Positions 37,647-49,211 of a stretch of DNA of 64,000 bases are shown in pieces. Origin of the DNA: Azolla caroliniana (Eukaryota > Plantae > Polypodiophyta); assembly GCA_043228905.1 (NCBI GenBank), contig JBHGNT010000001.1, positions 25,110,001 through 25,174,000 on the forward strand, read 5' to 3'. The position numbers and the translations under genes were made by a program. The notes below the pieces were generated by a model that saw only the letters and a program-made list of their open reading frames with translations, had not been told where the DNA came from and made no database searches. Positions within the stretch are counted from its first letter, which is position 1. Each line of letters opens with the position of its first letter.

Positions 37647-38404
37647 ATTAGGATTAGGTTCCGCTTCTCGAGAATCGGAATACAACGAGACTGTTGCGCA
37701 ATCAATACACGCGTGGATCCCTTGGGGAAGGGATAACATCGCGTATTTGAGCGTAATCATCGATCACGACGATGCCGTTCACATATTTCTAATGCGCATT
37801 CGCTCGAGGGAACATATGAACAATGCCTTTCTTGCTTACGCTCGCCGTGCTCCTGCCTGGCCTGGTTTGAATACAAGCGAGTAGACGCAAGAATGTGATG
37901 ACGCCCAGTCGTTGTATGATGTGTATTTGGACGTGGTCCTCAACAAGGATGACGTCGTTTGAAATTTAGAAACCATCTACACGAAGGCCACCGCTAAGAC
38001 GTCGCATGCGCGATACTCTTCATTTGGTTAGAGTAGAATGCGCGTATTCGAGATTCAACGATGCAAATTTACGTACGAGTGGAAGAACCTAGCGGCCGGT
38101 ATCATGAGACGAGAACGGTATCTACACATCGGAGATTGACAGTTTGAGACGAAAACTCTTCTCGAAGGTCATTTGTATGGTCATGCATGCTTTTCTATGG
38201 ATTGCATGCGTCACACCGCACACCTTTATCCGATAAACCCATTTAAGCGCATCTCCGTAATGTGGCGAGTAATAGAATGGTAAGGTAAAGTGACAAGAGA
38301 TCCCATGAAAAATACGATGATCAAGAAATATGATGAGAAATATGAGATCCTATCCGATCACGTGCGAGATCTTCATTCCTTTCACGTTTCGATGAATGGT
38401 CGAA

Positions 38405-38477
38405 GATCCTATGGCCTAATGGATAAGGCGTTGGTCTTCGAAACCAAAGATTCTAGGTTCGACCCCTAGTAGGATCG
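38405..38477 (+). tRNA. tRNA-Arg(TCG) copy 26
   Basis: As copy 1. Confidence 0.9.
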
Positions 38478-38753
38478 GTTTAGAATCGTGACCCTAGTGT
38501 ACGTCGACATCAAGAACACGACGACCAAGGATCATTCACGGAGTCATAATGCGCATCCGTCTCGACCGTCTAGAAAATGCGCGGATCTTGTATCCGCTGT
38601 TTTGGCTTAATGGATGCATTCATTTACGAGGATGATGATGTTTAATAGGTAAAAGAAATGGAACGGTTTATCCGGCACAAATTCCTCATCAAAAGTGCAT
38701 CGCACGTCCATCGCGATCCTCAATGGAAGTACATTTTCCAATGGAAAACCGAA

Positions 38754-38826
38754 GATCCTATGGCCCAATGGATAAGGCGCTGGTCTACGAAACCAGAGAT
38801 TCTAGGTTCGATCCCTGGTAGGATCG
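38754..38826 (+). tRNA. tRNA-Arg(ACG) copy 27
   Basis: As copy 10. Confidence 0.9.
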
Positions 38827-39584
38827 ATTAGGATTAGGTTCCGCTTCTCGAGAATCGGAATACAACGAGACTGTTGCGCAATCAATACACGCGTGGATCC
38901 CTTGGGGAAGGGATAACATCGCGTATTTGAGCGTAATCATCGATCACGACGATGCCGTTCACATATTTCTAATGCGCATTCGCTCGAGGGAACATATGAA
39001 CAATGCCTTTCTTGCTTACGCTCGCCGTGCTCCTGCCTGGCCTGGTTTGAATACAAGCGAGTAGACGCAAGAATGTGATGACGCCCAGTCGTTGTATGAT
39101 GTGTATTTGGACGTGGTCCTCAACAAGGATGACGTCGTTTGAAATTTAGAAACCATCTACACGAAGGCCACCGCTAAGACGTCGCATGCGCGATACTCTT
39201 CATTTGGTTAGAGTAGAATGCGCGTATTCGAGATTCAACGATGCAAATTTACGTACGAGTGGAAGAACCTAGCGGCCGGTATCATGAGACGAGAACGGTA
39301 TCTACACATCGGAGATTGACAGTTTGAGACGAAAACTCTTCTCGAAGGTCATTTGTATGGTCATGCATGCTTTTCTATGGATTGCATGCGTCACACCGCA
39401 CACCTTTATCCGATAAACCCATTTAAGCGCATCTCCGTAATGTGGCGAGTAATAGAATGGTAAGGTAAAGTGACAAGAGATCCCATGAAAAATACGATGA
39501 TCAAGAAATATGATGAGAAATATGAGATCCTATCCGATCACGTGCGAGATCTTCATTCCTTTCACGTTTCGATGAATGGTCGAA

Positions 39585-39657
39585 GATCCTATGGCCTAAT
39601 GGATAAGGCGTTGGTCTTCGAAACCAAAGATTCTAGGTTCGACCCCTAGTAGGATCG
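39585..39657 (+). tRNA. tRNA-Arg(TCG) copy 27
   Basis: As copy 1. Confidence 0.9.
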
Positions 39658-39933
39658 GTTTAGAATCGCGACCCTAGTGTACGTCGACATCAAGAACACG
39701 ACGACCAAGGATCATTCACGGAGTCATAATGCGCATCCGTCTCGACCGTCTAGAAAATGCGCGGATCTTGTATCCGCTGTTTTGGCTTAATGGATGCATT
39801 CATTTACGAGGATGATGATGTTTAATAGGTAAAAGAAATGGAACGGTTTATCCGGCACAAATTCCTCATCAAAAGTGCATCGCACGTCCATCGCGATCCT
39901 CAATGGAAGTACATTTTCCAATGGAAAACCGAA

Positions 39934-40006
39934 GATCCTATGGCCCAATGGATAAGGCGCTGGTCTACGAAACCAGAGATTCTAGGTTCGATCCCTGGTA
40001 GGATCG
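39934..40006 (+). tRNA. tRNA-Arg(ACG) copy 28
   Basis: As copy 10. Confidence 0.9.
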
Positions 40007-40764
40007 ATTAGGATTAGGTTCCGCTTCTCGAGAATCGGAATACAACGAGACTGTTGCGCAATCAATACACGCGTGGATCCCTTGGGGAAGGGATAACATC
40101 GCGTATTTGAGCGTAATCATCGATCACGACGATGCCGTTCACATATTTCTAATGCGCATTCGCTCGAGGGAACATATGAACAATGCCTTTCTTGCTTACG
40201 CTCGCCGTGCTCCTGCCTGGCCTGGTTTGAATACAAGCGAGTAGACGCAAGAATGTGATGACGCCCAGTCGTTGTATGATGTGTATTTGGACGTGGTCCT
40301 CAACAAGGATGACGTCGTTTGAAATTTAGAAACCATCTACACGAAGGCCACCGCTAAGACGTCGCATGCGCGATACTCTTCATTTGGTTAGAGTAGAATG
40401 CGCGTATTCGAGATTCAACGATGCAAATTTACGTACGAGTGGAAGAACCTAGCGGCCGGTATCATGAGACGAGAACGGTATCTACACATCGGAGATTGAC
40501 AGTTTGAGACGAAAACTCTTCTCGAAGGTCATTTGTATGGTCATGCATGCTTTTCTATGGATTGCATGCGTCACACCGCACACCTTTATCCGATAAACCC
40601 ATTTAAGCGCATCTCCGTAATGTGGCGAGTAATAGAATGGTAAGGTAAAGTGACAAGAGATCCCATGAAAAATACGATGATCAAGAAATATGATGAGAAA
40701 TATGAGATCCTATCCGATCACGTGCGAGATCTTCATTCCTTTCACGTTTCGATGAATGGTCGAA

Positions 40765-40837
40765 GATCCTATGGCCTAATGGATAAGGCGTTGGTCTTCG
40801 AAACCAAAGATTCTAGGTTCGACCCCTAGTAGGATCG
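40765..40837 (+). tRNA. tRNA-Arg(TCG) copy 28
   Basis: As copy 1. Confidence 0.9.
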
Positions 40838-41113
40838 GTTTAGAATCGCGACCCTAGTGTACGTCGACATCAAGAACACGACGACCAAGGATCATTCACG
40901 GAGTCATAATGCGCATCCGTCTCGACCGTCTAGAAAATGCGCGGATCTTGTATCCGCTGTTTTGGCTTAATGGATGCATTCATTTACGAGGATGATGATG
41001 TTTAATAGGTAAAAGAAATGGAACGGTTTATCCGGCACAAATTCCTCATCAAAAGTGCATCGCACGTCCATCGCGATCCTCAATGGAAGTACATTTTCCA
41101 ATGGAAAACCGAA

Positions 41114-41186
41114 GATCCTATGGCCCAATGGATAAGGCGCTGGTCTACGAAACCAGAGATTCTAGGTTCGATCCCTGGTAGGATCG
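41114..41186 (+). tRNA. tRNA-Arg(ACG) copy 29
   Basis: As copy 10. Confidence 0.9.
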
Positions 41187-41944
41187 ATTAGGATTAGGTT
41201 CCGCTTCTCGAGAATCGGAATACAACGAGACTGTTGCGCAATCAATACACGCGTGGATCCCTTGGGGAAGGGATAACATCGCGTATTTGAGCGTAATCAT
41301 CGATCACGACGATGCCGTTCACATATTTCTAATGCGCATTCGCTCGAGGGAACATATGAACAATGCCTTTCTTGCTTACGCTCGCCGTGCTCCTGCCTGG
41401 CCTGGTTTGAATACAAGCGAGTAGACGCAAGAATGTGATGACGCCCAGTCGTTGTATGATGTGTATTTGGACGTGGTCCTCAACAAGGATGACGTCGTTT
41501 GAAATTTAGAAACCATCTACACGAAGGCCACCGCTAAGACGTCGCATGCGCGATACTCTTCATTTGGTTAGAGTAGAATGCGCGTATTCGAGATTCAACG
41601 ATGCAAATTTACGTACGAGTGGAAGAACCTAGCGGCCGGTATCATGAGACGAGAACGGTATCTACACATCGGAGATTGACAGTTTGAGACGAAAACTCTT
41701 CTCGAAGGTCATTTGTATGGTCATGCATGCTTTTCTATGGATTGCATGCGTCACACCGCACACCTTTATCCGATAAACCCATTTAAGCGCATCTCCGTAA
41801 TGTGGCGAGTAATAGAATGGTAAGGTAAAGTGACAAGAGATCCCATGAAAAATACGATGATCAAGAAATATGATGAGAAATATGAGATCCTATCCGATCA
41901 CGTGCGAGATCTTCATTCCTTTCACGTTTCGATGAATGGTCGAA

Positions 41945-42017
41945 GATCCTATGGCCTAATGGATAAGGCGTTGGTCTTCGAAACCAAAGATTCTAGGTTC
42001 GACCCCTAGTAGGATCG
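41945..42017 (+). tRNA. tRNA-Arg(TCG) copy 29
   Basis: As copy 1. Confidence 0.9.
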
Positions 42018-42293
42018 GTTTAGAATCGCGACCCTAGTGTACGTCGACATCAAGAACACGACGACCAAGGATCATTCACGGAGTCATAATGCGCATCCGT
42101 CTCGACCGTCTAGAAAATGCGCGGATCTTGTATCCGCTGTTTTGGCTTAATGGATGCATTCATTTACGAGGATGATGATGTTTAATAGGTAAAAGAAATG
42201 GAACGGTTTATCCGGCACAAATTCCTCATCAAAAGTGCATCGCACGTCCATCGCGATCCTCAATGGAAGTACATTTTCCAATGGAAAACCGAA

Positions 42294-42366
42294 GATCCTA
42301 TGGCCCAATGGATAAGGCGCTGGTCTACGAAACCAGAGATTCTAGGTTCGATCCCTGGTAGGATCG
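42294..42366 (+). tRNA. tRNA-Arg(ACG) copy 30
   Basis: As copy 10. Confidence 0.9.
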
Positions 42367-43124
42367 ATTAGGATTAGGTTCCGCTTCTCGAGAATCGGAA
42401 TACAACGAGACTGTTGCGCAATCAATACACGCGTGGATCCCTTGGGGAAGGGATAACATCGCGTATTTGAGCGTAATCATCGATCACGACGATGCCGTTC
42501 ACATATTTCTAATGCGCATTCGCTCGAGGGAACATATGAACAATGCCTTTCTTGCTTACGCTCGCCGTGCTCCTGCCTGGCCTGGTTTGAATACAAGCGA
42601 GTAGACGCAAGAATGTGATGACGCCCAGTCGTTGTATGATGTGTATTTGGACGTGGTCCTCAACAAGGATGACGTCGTTTGAAATTTAGAAACCATCTAC
42701 ACGAAGGCCACCGCTAAGACGTCGCATGCGCGATACTCTTCATTTGGTTAGAGTAGAATGCGCGTATTCGAGATTCAACGATGCAAATTTACGTACGAGT
42801 GGAAGAACCTAGCGGCCGGTATCATGAGACGAGAACGGTATCTACACATCGGAGATTGACAGTTTGAGACGAAAACTCTTCTCGAAGGTCATTTGTATGG
42901 TCATGCATGCTTTTCTATGGATTGCATGCGTCACACCGCACACCTTTATCCGATAAACCCATTTAAGCGCATCTCCGTAATGTGGCGAGTAATAGAATGG
43001 TAAGGTAAAGTGACAAGAGATCCCATGAAAAATACGATGATCAAGAAATATGATGAGAAATATGAGATCCTATCCGATCACGTGCGAGATCTTCATTCCT
43101 TTCACGTTTCGATGAATGGTCGAA

Positions 43125-43197
43125 GATCCTATGGCCTAATGGATAAGGCGTTGGTCTTCGAAACCAAAGATTCTAGGTTCGACCCCTAGTAGGATCG
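43125..43197 (+). tRNA. tRNA-Arg(TCG) copy 30
   Basis: As copy 1. Confidence 0.9.
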
Positions 43198-43473
43198 GTT
43201 TAGAATCGCGACCCTAGTGTACGTCGACATCAAGAACACGACGACCAAGGATCATTCACGGAGTCATAATGCGCATCCGTCTCGACCGTCTAGAAAATGC
43301 GCGGATCTTGTATCCGCTGTTTTGGCTTAATGGATGCATTCATTTACGAGGATGATGATGTTTAATAGGTAAAAGAAATGGAACGGTTTATCCGGCACAA
43401 ATTCCTCATCAAAAGTGCATCGCACGTCCATCGCGATCCTCAATGGAAGTACATTTTCCAATGGAAAACCGAA

Positions 43474-43546
43474 GATCCTATGGCCCAATGGATAAGGCGC
43501 TGGTCTACGAAACCAGAGATTCTAGGTTCGATCCCTGGTAGGATCG
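43474..43546 (+). tRNA. tRNA-Arg(ACG) copy 31
   Basis: As copy 10. Confidence 0.9.
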
Positions 43547-44304
43547 ATTAGGATTAGGTTCCGCTTCTCGAGAATCGGAATACAACGAGACTGTTGCGCA
43601 ATCAATACACGCGTGGATCCCTTGGGGAAGGGATAACATCGCGTATTTGAGCGTAATCATCGATCACGACGATGCCGTTCACATATTTCTAATGCGCATT
43701 CGCTCGAGGGAACATATGAACAATGCCTTTCTTGCTTACGCTCGCCGTGCTCCTGCCTGGCCTGGTTTGAATACAAGCGAGTAGACGCAAGAATGTGATG
43801 ACGCCCAGTCGTTGTATGATGTGTATTTGGACGTGGTCCTCAACAAGGATGACGTCGTTTGAAATTTAGAAACCATCTACACGAAGGCCACCGCTAAGAC
43901 GTCGCATGCGCGATACTCTTCATTTGGTTAGAGTAGAATGCGCGTATTCGAGATTCAACGATGCAAATTTACGTACGAGTGGAAGAACCTAGCGGCCGGT
44001 ATCATGAGACGAGAACGGTATCTACACATCGGAGATTGACAGTTTGAGACGAAAACTCTTCTCGAAGGTCATTTGTATGGTCATGCATGCTTTTCTATGG
44101 ATTGCATGCGTCACACCGCACACCTTTATCCGATAAACCCATTTAAGCGCATCTCCGTAATGTGGCGAGTAATAGAATGGTAAGGTAAAGTGACAAGAGA
44201 TCCCATGAAAAATACGATGATCAAGAAATATGATGAGAAATATGAGATCCTATCCGATCACGTGCGAGATCTTCATTCCTTTCACGTTTCGATGAATGGT
44301 CGAA

Positions 44305-44377
44305 GATCCTATGGCCTAATGGATAAGGCGTTGGTCTTCGAAACCAAAGATTCTAGGTTCGACCCCTAGTAGGATCG
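44305..44377 (+). tRNA. tRNA-Arg(TCG) copy 31
   Basis: As copy 1. Confidence 0.9.
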
Positions 44378-45279
44378 GTTTAGAATCGCGACCCTAGTGT
44401 ACGTCGACATCAAGAACACGACGACCAAGGATCATTCACGGAGTCATAATGCGCATCCGTCTCGACCGTCTAGAAAATGCGCGGATCTTGTATCCGCTGT
44501 TTTGGCTTAATGGATGCATTCATTTACGAGGATGATGATGTTTAATAGGTAAAAGAAATGGAACGGTTTATCCGGCACAAATTCCTCATCAAAAGTAGGT
44601 TATCCGGCAATCATGCATTAGGTTAGTAGTTGATGTTAAATTTCATGTTAAATTTCTGCTAGATATGTTACTTCCAATGTTGCAATCCAAGGATACACGA
44701 GACCCATTATAGAAGTAGGGCATTATAATATAGAGAGAGAGAGAGAGAGAGATGTTATGTTAGTAAATCAACTTCACTAGCTTTGCATTTCACACCGGTG
44801 AAGGTGATGCATGAGTTTGGGCTTGTCTTTTAATTTCTATTTTAAAAGAAACTTTTTTGGCCTAACCTCGGGCGTTCTCCAGTGGACAAGACATCGGCCT
44901 CGTCCAGCACAACGTGTTTCGAATATTTGTAGGAGTTACAATTCCTCGCTCGGGGGTCAGAATCAAGATCGAAATAATCCATCGTGATCCTCAAGGCAAA
45001 GTCTCATGTTTACGAACCAAGTTTCCTAGAGAGACCATTCAGTGTTTCATTATATGTCAAATTTGCATAACTTGGTCTCCGAAGCTCATAATTTTGACCC
45101 GAAACTTCTGTCGTGCTACTTGGTTGACCAGGAAAATAAGGATTTGCACAAGATAATTGAAATATAAATTAAATTAAATTTTTATAAGTAATAATAAGTT
45201 CATGAGGGTGTGTAAATACAATGAGAAGATCCTCGGCTTTGTTACATGGAGTGATCAAGATACAAAAAAAATGGATAGG

Positions 45280-45492
45280 TGTTGAGAATGATTAAAGTTA
45301 TAGCTAAAATGGCTAGTCCAACGGCTACTCAACCCTAACAACTAGTTATCCCAACAGCCAGATATTGGCCTTTAAGAGGAACCTTCTCCTCATGTAAAAA
45401 GTTATCTGTGTTTTTCTCTCTCCTATTGTGACATATATGTATATTCTTGAGAATAAAGGTGTTTTTCTCATTTTTCAATATGGTATCAGAGC
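45280..45492 (+). mobile_element. Short 5' LTR plus tRNA-iMet primer-binding site of an LTR retrotransposon remnant
   Basis: TGTTGA...TCAATA (degenerate TCAACA) at 45280-45480, immediately followed by TGGTATCAGAGC. Confidence 0.75.
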
Positions 45493-46050
45493 CTAGATCC
45501 TCCCCTTTGCCAAACCCTACATTTGTCCCTCTGCTGGTGTAATAGTGATCGGAACAACACTGTCCTAGCATCCAAGAGAGGAAAGGGAGGCTTCTCCTTC
45601 TAGGATGACAGTGATATGTGAATGAGAGGTGACTTCAAAAAAGAAGTCAAAAGAGGAGAGAAGAGATAGTCTAGGTTCAGAAGATGGATGAGGTGTTGTC
45701 AAATTTGAACTAGGATAAGGTGAAAACGTTGGTGAAATACATGAAGCATGTTGAGAACACAACCACCACCTTGACTTCCAGAAGGAGGACGTGGGCAAAC
45801 TAGAGGTCACAGTCGTGCCGATTGTTATTTGCATGCTCTACTTTTCCTCTAGCACATTATGCTAACAAAAACATAATCATAAAAAATCCTTAACCACTCA
45901 CTTTTAGCACAAGCTTTTAGCAATTGAGCTAAGGCATTTTGTTGTATTTAAATACAAGTCATTATATGTCCTTCTTACCACACCCTTGCCCTATCATTTA
46001 ACCTTTCTCATATTCCTACTTTAACTTATTTCTTCCTATGCACTCCCCCC

Positions 46051-46385
46051 TAAGAGTTGGCAACGACTAGGCTCAAGCCTAAACCGAGTCGTTAAACCAT
46101 TTTTAAATGGTTTGGGACTTTGGTTGTTTGATTCAGTTCCGGTTTGAGCTTCCCAAACTACTTTGAGTTTGGTTTGGCAAGGCCCAAGCCGAACCAAACT
46201 ATTTTGGGCCAAAACGGTTCCCAAACCAGTCCCTAAACTGGTATAAGCTTAACTAGTTTGGCCAAACTATTGAAGCCTTAACCAATTTAGGAATCGATTC
46301 GATTCAAGTTTGAAAACCTCCAAACCGGTTTGGTTTAGGCAAGGCCAAACTGGTTAAGCCAAAATCGAACCATTGCCGATTCCTA
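46051..46385. mobile_element. hAT-type MITE
   Basis: TIRs TAAGAGTTGGCAACG / CATTGCCGATTCCTA (11/15 match). 8-bp TSD CTCCCCCC / CTCCGCAC. Interior rich in AAACCG/GGTTTG subterminal motifs. Confidence 0.7.
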
Positions 46386-46638
46386 CTCCGCACATCACGA
46401 CAACATGGTGCAATCTATGCTCTTTTTTCTTTTTGTGCAACCTCGACAAGCTAGACATCAAGTTATTAACCCCACATTTCTTTTCTTGTGACCATTGAGA
46501 AATAGGCATGAACGAGAAATGAAAGCCATTAGTCCTATACTTCTTTGCTACCTTTGGGAGAATTCATCGAATGAATGTACTCACGACTAAGATGCTATTG
46601 ATTCCTCTTTTCTTGCGATCAATGAGAACCCACAACAT

Positions 46639-47063
46639 GAGCATGGCTTTGGTGTCCATGAGTATGAACAAAGCCCCTAGAAACAGAAGTATTTAGTTAG
46701 GACTAGACTAGCCTGCACTCTATTGGCGAATCCGTGTTTTTTTTCCCCAAAAAATCGCAAATCCATTTTATGCTTAACCCTCAGATTGATGTACGCTTCG
46801 TAAGATGACTCTGTTTCTGATTTGGGACAGAACATGGCAGAACAAACAGAGCATGGCTTTGGTGTCCATGAGTATGAACAAAGCCCCTAGAAACAGAAGT
46901 ATTTAGTAAGAACTAGACCAGCCTGCACTCTATTGGCAAATCCGTTTTTTTCCCCCCAAAAAATGGCAAATCCATTTTATGCTTAACCCTCAGATTGATG
47001 TACTCTTCCTAAGATGACTCTGTTTCTGATTTGGGACAGAACATGGCAGATCAAACAGAGCAT
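46639..47063. repeat. Direct tandem duplication, 2 x ~210 bp, upstream of the PPR gene
   Basis: GAGCATGGCTTTGGTGTCC... starts at 46639 and 46849; GAGCAT recurs at 47058. Confidence 0.95.
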
Positions 47064-47174
47064 TGTGAAAAACAAGAGGCTCCTATTAATAGATGTAGAT
47101 TGGCCATCCTAAACATGGGAATACAAAGAGAAAACAGGGGAAAAGAAAATTATGGTATCAACACTTAAACAGAA

Positions 47175-49211
47175 ATGAAGAGAATGTCTAAAGAAGATTT
47201 CAATGTTGTGGCATTTCTCAAAGGTTGTGCTCAGAGGAAGGATCTTTCTGAAGGTTCTAGAATACATTCATATATTGTGAGGAAAGGGTTGCTTGAAAAA
47301 AGCCTGTATCTAGCAACCACTTTGATCAGCATGTATGCTAAATGTGGTGCTCTTTTGAAAGCACAAAAAGTGCTCGAAAAGTTACCAACCCGAAATGTTA
47401 TATCATGGAATGCGTTAATTTCAGGTTATGCACAAGAAGGCCGAGTTTATGAAGCTTTAAAATGCTTCGAAATGATGCAAAACGAGGGCATTTCTCCTGA
47501 TACCATCACCTTTATTTGCATCTTGAAAGCATGTAGCATAGCAAGAGATGTAGAAATGGGCATAAGAATTCATGTAAAGATTGTTTCTAATTGCTTTCTA
47601 TTCAAAGATATCGCACTTGGAAATGCACTAGTGGATATGTATGCGAAATGTGGATTGATTAATAAAGCGCAAGACGTGCTTGAAGAGCTTCCAGTCCGAG
47701 ATGTAGTTTCTTGGAATATTATGATCGACGGATGTGTGCAAAATGAACAAAATAACAAAGCATTGAGCATCTATGAACAAATGCGAAGTGAAGGTCTTGC
47801 TTCTGATTCAATCACCTTTATTTTGATTCTGAAAGCATGTAGCAGCATTGGCCTTATCGAGAAAGGTGAAGAAATTCATGAAAAGCTTCTCAGGAGAGGA
47901 TTGTTGGAGAATGATATCGTTCTTAGCACTGCTTTAGTGGATATGTATGCAAAATGTGGTGCACTCGAAAAAGCTCAACAAGTGCTTGACGGGCTTTTTG
48001 CTCGAGACTCCATTTGTTGGAATGCATTAATCACAGGGTATACTCAGCAAGGGCATGACCAAGAGGCATTAAATTGTTTCAAACAAATGGAAAATGAGGG
48101 TCTTCCTCCCAATGGAGTCACTTACCTTTCTATCTTGAAGGCATGTGGCAATATAGGGGCTACAGAAAAAGGCAAACAAATTCATGATCAAATTAGGAGC
48201 CGAAACTTCATAGAGAAGGATATTGTGCTTGGTAACGCTTTAGTTGATATGTATGCTAAATGTGGAATGCTTGACAAAGCCCAAAAAGCACTTGAAGACC
48301 ATTCTAATCGCAATGTCATCACATGGTCTGCATTAATTTCTGGGTATGTTCAACATGGACAAAGCCATGAAGCACTCGATAGTTTCAAAAGAATGCAAAA
48401 GGAGGGCTTATCACCTGATTCTATTACATTTATTTGCACTCTAAAGGCCTGTGGAAGCATGGGTGCTATAGACAAGGGCAAGCAAATTCATGATGAGGTC
48501 GTGAAAAGGAAATTGTTGGAGAAGGATGTAGTTCTTGGCACTGCTCTGGTTGATATGTATGCTAGATGTGGTATGCTTGAGAAAGCAAGAAAAGTATTGG
48601 AAGAGCTTCATCTTCGAGATGTGATTGCTTGGTCAGCCCTTATTGCTGGCTATGCTCAACAAGGACAAGGACATGAAGCCCTGAAGTGTCTCAAACACAT
48701 GGAAAGTGAGGGCATATCACCTGACAGCATAACATTATTATGTGTGTTGAGTGCATGTGCTCACTCTGGGCTCATAAACGATGCCAAAATGCTTTTTGAG
48801 ATTATGACTACAAAATATTGTATTTCTCCAAACTTAGAGCATCTTAATTGCATGGTTGTAGTATTTGGATGTGGGGGGCAATTTGATAAGGCTATTTCAG
48901 TGATCAAGGCAATGCCATTTTTTGAGTATTCAGCCATATGGATTTCACTATTGGGTGCTTGTAGGAAATGGGGAAATGTGAAGCTTGGGAGATTGTCTTT
49001 TGATCAAGCCATACAACTAGATAATAGTGGTGCGGCGGCATATGTTCTCATGGCTGATATATTTGGAAGTGCTGGTATGTTAGAGGATGCAAAAAAAATC
49101 GAAAACATGATTAGAATAAAACATGATTCTTGGAGAAAGCAAGAATATGAGCATGCCATGAATGTCTATGTCAATGAGCATACTATGGATGCCTATATTG
49201 ATCATGGATGA
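47175..49211 (+). CDS. PLS-class pentatricopeptide repeat protein with E domain, no DYW (organellar RNA-editing factor family), 678 aa
   Basis: Repeated P-L-S triplets (LGNALVDMYAKCG..., RDVVSWN.LI.GY, PD.ITF..ILKAC) and E motifs (WISLLGACRKWGN, AAYVLMADIF). Single uninterrupted ORF. Confidence 0.93.
   Translation: MKRMSKEDFNVVAFLKGCAQRKDLSEGSRIHSYIVRKGLLEKSLYLATTLISMYAKCGALLKAQKVLEKLPTRNVISWNALISGYAQEGRVYEALKCFEMMQNEGISPDTITFICILKACSIARDVEMGIRIHVKIVSNCFLFKDIALGNALVDMYAKCGLINKAQDVLEELPVRDVVSWNIMIDGCVQNEQNNKALSIYEQMRSEGLASDSITFILILKACSSIGLIEKGEEIHEKLLRRGLLENDIVLSTALVDMYAKCGALEKAQQVLDGLFARDSICWNALITGYTQQGHDQEALNCFKQMENEGLPPNGVTYLSILKACGNIGATEKGKQIHDQIRSRNFIEKDIVLGNALVDMYAKCGMLDKAQKALEDHSNRNVITWSALISGYVQHGQSHEALDSFKRMQKEGLSPDSITFICTLKACGSMGAIDKGKQIHDEVVKRKLLEKDVVLGTALVDMYARCGMLEKARKVLEELHLRDVIAWSALIAGYAQQGQGHEALKCLKHMESEGISPDSITLLCVLSACAHSGLINDAKMLFEIMTTKYCISPNLEHLNCMVVVFGCGGQFDKAISVIKAMPFFEYSAIWISLLGACRKWGNVKLGRLSFDQAIQLDNSGAAAYVLMADIFGSAGMLEDAKKIENMIRIKHDSWRKQEYEHAMNVYVNEHTMDAYIDHG

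Larger units (their letters stand above)
7922..44596 (+). repeat. Homogeneous tandem array, ~31 units of 1180 bp, each with tRNA-Arg(ACG) + tRNA-Arg(TCG)
   Basis: Landmarks recur every 1180 bp (ACG gene at 8101, 9281 ... 18721). One 1153-bp unit carries a 27-bp deletion at ~19258, then the period resumes (19874 ... 43474). Units differ by only a few SNPs. The array ends abruptly after CCTCATCAAAAGT (44596). Confidence 0.98.

Noticed and set aside
7922-44596. CRISPR-like repeat-spacer interpretation
   Set aside because: The repeats are 73-nt tRNAs, the spacers are long and identical between units, the context is eukaryotic, and there are no cas genes.
46041-46056. CTCCCCCCTAAG as a reverse polypurine tract
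   Set aside because: Better explained as the 8-bp TSD plus TIR start of the hAT MITE.
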